Assembly: GCA_036514715.1 (NCBI GenBank)
Contig: DATBWR010000004.1
Location: 9,147 to 73,146 of the forward strand
DNA from: Candidatus Nanoarchaeia archaeon
GTDB lineage: Bacteria; Patescibacteriota; Microgenomatia; Woykebacterales; RBG-16-39-9b
Length of the DNA: 64,000 bases
Reading direction: 5' to 3'
In this document: piece after piece, positions 62,607 through 64,000 of the stretch
Layout of the letters: each line of letters opens with the position of its first letter
How positions within the stretch are numbered: the stretch's first letter is position 1
The notes under the pieces: model-generated
What the model was told of the DNA's origin: nothing
Database searches by the model: none
Seen by the model: only the letters and a program-made list of their open reading frames with translations
Made by a program: the position numbers and the translations under genes

Positions 62607-63845
62607 CTAACGTTCAAGCAGTAAACTAAAGTCGCCAGTTAAAAGCTTGGCTAAAATTAAGTATACAACAAAAAGGATCAAAATAATTGCTGGGTAAGTT
62701 TTCGGCAGAGAACGCCCCTCACTAAGGTCCTTGAAAGTCCAACGACTGTTAACCACGTAGTTAAAGATAGCTACTAAGGGTATGGTCATGGCTTTGGAGA
62801 GCAAATCGTAAATTTTTAGGTAGTGGGTGTAGGTTAAAATTTGCATTTGTGAGATCATCAAACCCCCTAAAGAGACAAATTGGAAAGCGAGAAACTTTCT
62901 AACTAGACTTTGTTGTTCCTTCCGTTTTGAAAAAGTCCAGAGGTTATTGAGGGTAAAATTCCAAATAATCGCAAGTTCAACACTCAGAGGATTAGCCCGT
63001 AGCGGAGAAAGTCCCAAATACCTAGTTAAAAGGTAATAGCTGACGTAGTCAACTAAGGTACCGCTTGCGCCGACGAGGGCAAAACGGACGAAAGTTTGGT
63101 GTCGATAGATTAGGGCAAAAGATGTGTCCAGCTTTCCGTTTCCGTCTTTAGCATGGCGCAGACGTAATTTAATTAAATCCACAAAGGCGTTGACCGTATC
63201 TCTGACCCTGACTTGCGAAAGAGAATCGTTGAACCATAAAACCGGTACTTCTTTGATTTTTAATTTCTGTCTCTGAGCAAGGAAAAGCAGTTCGATGTCA
63301 AAGGCGAAGCCGCTGACAGTTTGTTTTTCGAAAATTGGCTCGGTTGTTTTTTTGCGAAAAGCTTTAAAGCCACACTGGGTATCGTAAATGCGCTCAACCG
63401 CCCCCAGCCTGATCAAGATGTTTGCAGCCTTACCAACAAGTTCTCGCAGAAAAGGTTGGCGTTTTTTCACTAAAGAGCGGTCCAAAGCCCGCGACCCAAT
63501 AGCGATATCGTAGCCGTTATTAACCTCGTTTAAGAGTTTGTGAAGCTCAGTTATCGGGGCTGAAAAATCCGCATCGGAAAAAACAACAGTTTCACTCCTT
63601 GCTTCCTGAAACCCCCGTTTCACAGCCGCTCCTTTGCCAAGATTTTCCCCGAGGCTAATAACTTTTAGGTTTTTAATTTCATTTTGAAAAGAGCTTGCAA
63701 CTTGAACAGTTTTGTCGTTGCTTCCGTCATCCACAACAATAACTTCAGAAATATATGAATAAGTATTCATATATTTAGCAAGTTTTTCTAACGACTTGTC
63801 CAGCCGTTTTTCTTCATTAAAACAAGGGATTACTAGTGAGACCAT
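62607..63845 (-). CDS. GT2 glycosyltransferase (DPM1-like) fused to a GtrA-like membrane domain
   Basis: VIPCFNEE...VVDDGSND, DAD motif SDADFS, and 4 C-terminal TM helices. Palindrome copy 4 lies in-frame at codons ~24-32 (KYMNTYSYI). Confidence 0.85.
   Translation of the reverse strand: MVSLVIPCFNEEKRLDKSLEKLAKYMNTYSYISEVIVVDDGSNDKTVQVASSFQNEIKNLKVISLGENLGKGAAVKRGFQEARSETVVFSDADFSAPITELHKLLNEVNNGYDIAIGSRALDRSLVKKRQPFLRELVGKAANILIRLGAVERIYDTQCGFKAFRKKTTEPIFEKQTVSGFAFDIELLFLAQRQKLKIKEVPVLWFNDSLSQVRVRDTVNAFVDLIKLRLRHAKDGNGKLDTSFALIYRHQTFVRFALVGASGTLVDYVSYYLLTRYLGLSPLRANPLSVELAIIWNFTLNNLWTFSKRKEQQSLVRKFLAFQFVSLGGLMISQMQILTYTHYLKIYDLLSKAMTIPLVAIFNYVVNSRWTFKDLSEGRSLPKTYPAIILILFVVYLILAKLLTGDFSLLLER
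63749..63776. promoter_or_regulatory. palindrome copy 4 (28 bp, central AG), located inside the glycosyltransferase coding sequence
   Basis: AAATATATGAATA-AG-TATTCATATATTT. Confidence 0.6.
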
Positions 63846-64000
63846 TGCGTAATTTTAGTATACCAGAGCAAGTTTGACGACTTTGATATAGTCGGACTAG
63901 AGTTGAATACAGAGTTTATTGGAAGAAGGTGTATTAAGATGCTTGACGGTTATTATGGAATGATGGGTAGTTTTGGGGTGTCCTCTGGTTTAGCTTGGTT

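Overview
This is a low-GC (~42%) bacterial chromosomal window with a strongly reduced, Patescibacteria/CPR-like gene complement. It has a class I LysRS, a split transketolase (N and C halves separated by a membrane-protein gene), a cupin-type PGI, a eukaryotic-type phosphomannomutase, NrdR plus B12-dependent NrdJ, and many small membrane or hypothetical proteins. Apparent promoters are very often of the form -10 hexamer, ~7 nt, ATG, which suggests leaderless mRNAs. Housekeeping genes (aspS C-terminus, gltX, gap, rpiB, rpe, tkt, fba, trxB, nrdRJ, greA, lysK, serS, uppS, uppP, ftsEX, prfB, tsaE) are interrupted by several accessory patches.

1. A compact type V-like CRISPR-Cas locus lies at about 7.1-10.6 kb, with a two-component system directly upstream on the same strand (10.6-12.6 kb).
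   - It contains a structured, tracrRNA-like element carrying an anti-repeat, a 4-repeat array of 37-nt repeats, cas1, cas2 and a convergent 486-aa TnpB/Cas12f-like effector.
   - The effector's RuvC-I and RuvC-III aspartates appear to be substituted.
   - The effector has its own near-consensus promoter.
   - The two-component system is a PAS histidine kinase plus a REC-zinc-ribbon response regulator.

2. A 24-30 bp perfect palindrome (ATATATGAATA-NN-TATTCATATAT) occurs four times.
   - One copy overlaps the promoter of an ArsR-family regulator gene, one lies upstream of trxB, and one sits between a methyltransferase gene and uppS.
   - The fourth copy lies in-frame inside a GT2 glycosyltransferase gene.

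3. A small low-GC island at 33-36.5 kb carries:
   - a DUF433/PIN-like toxin-antitoxin pair;
   - a GIY-YIG mini-protein plus a zinc-ribbon membrane protein;
   - a beta-class DNA methyltransferase fused to a C-terminal Mrr-like nuclease domain.

4. A B12 module follows nrdJ: a possible cobalamin-riboswitch-like leader with terminator, then a DUF4430 protein and a membrane transporter.

5. Two GC-rich (~52-55%) patches look horizontally acquired: 40.4-41.3 kb and 49.0-53.9 kb. The second encodes a secreted NHL-repeat / PT-linker / lipase fusion.

Other features are a tRNA-Glu with an adjacent partial duplicate, a greA leader terminator, NrdR boxes, and a Lon AAA+ module lacking the N-terminal and protease domains.

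All calls are from reading the sequence and ORF translations; no database searches were run.
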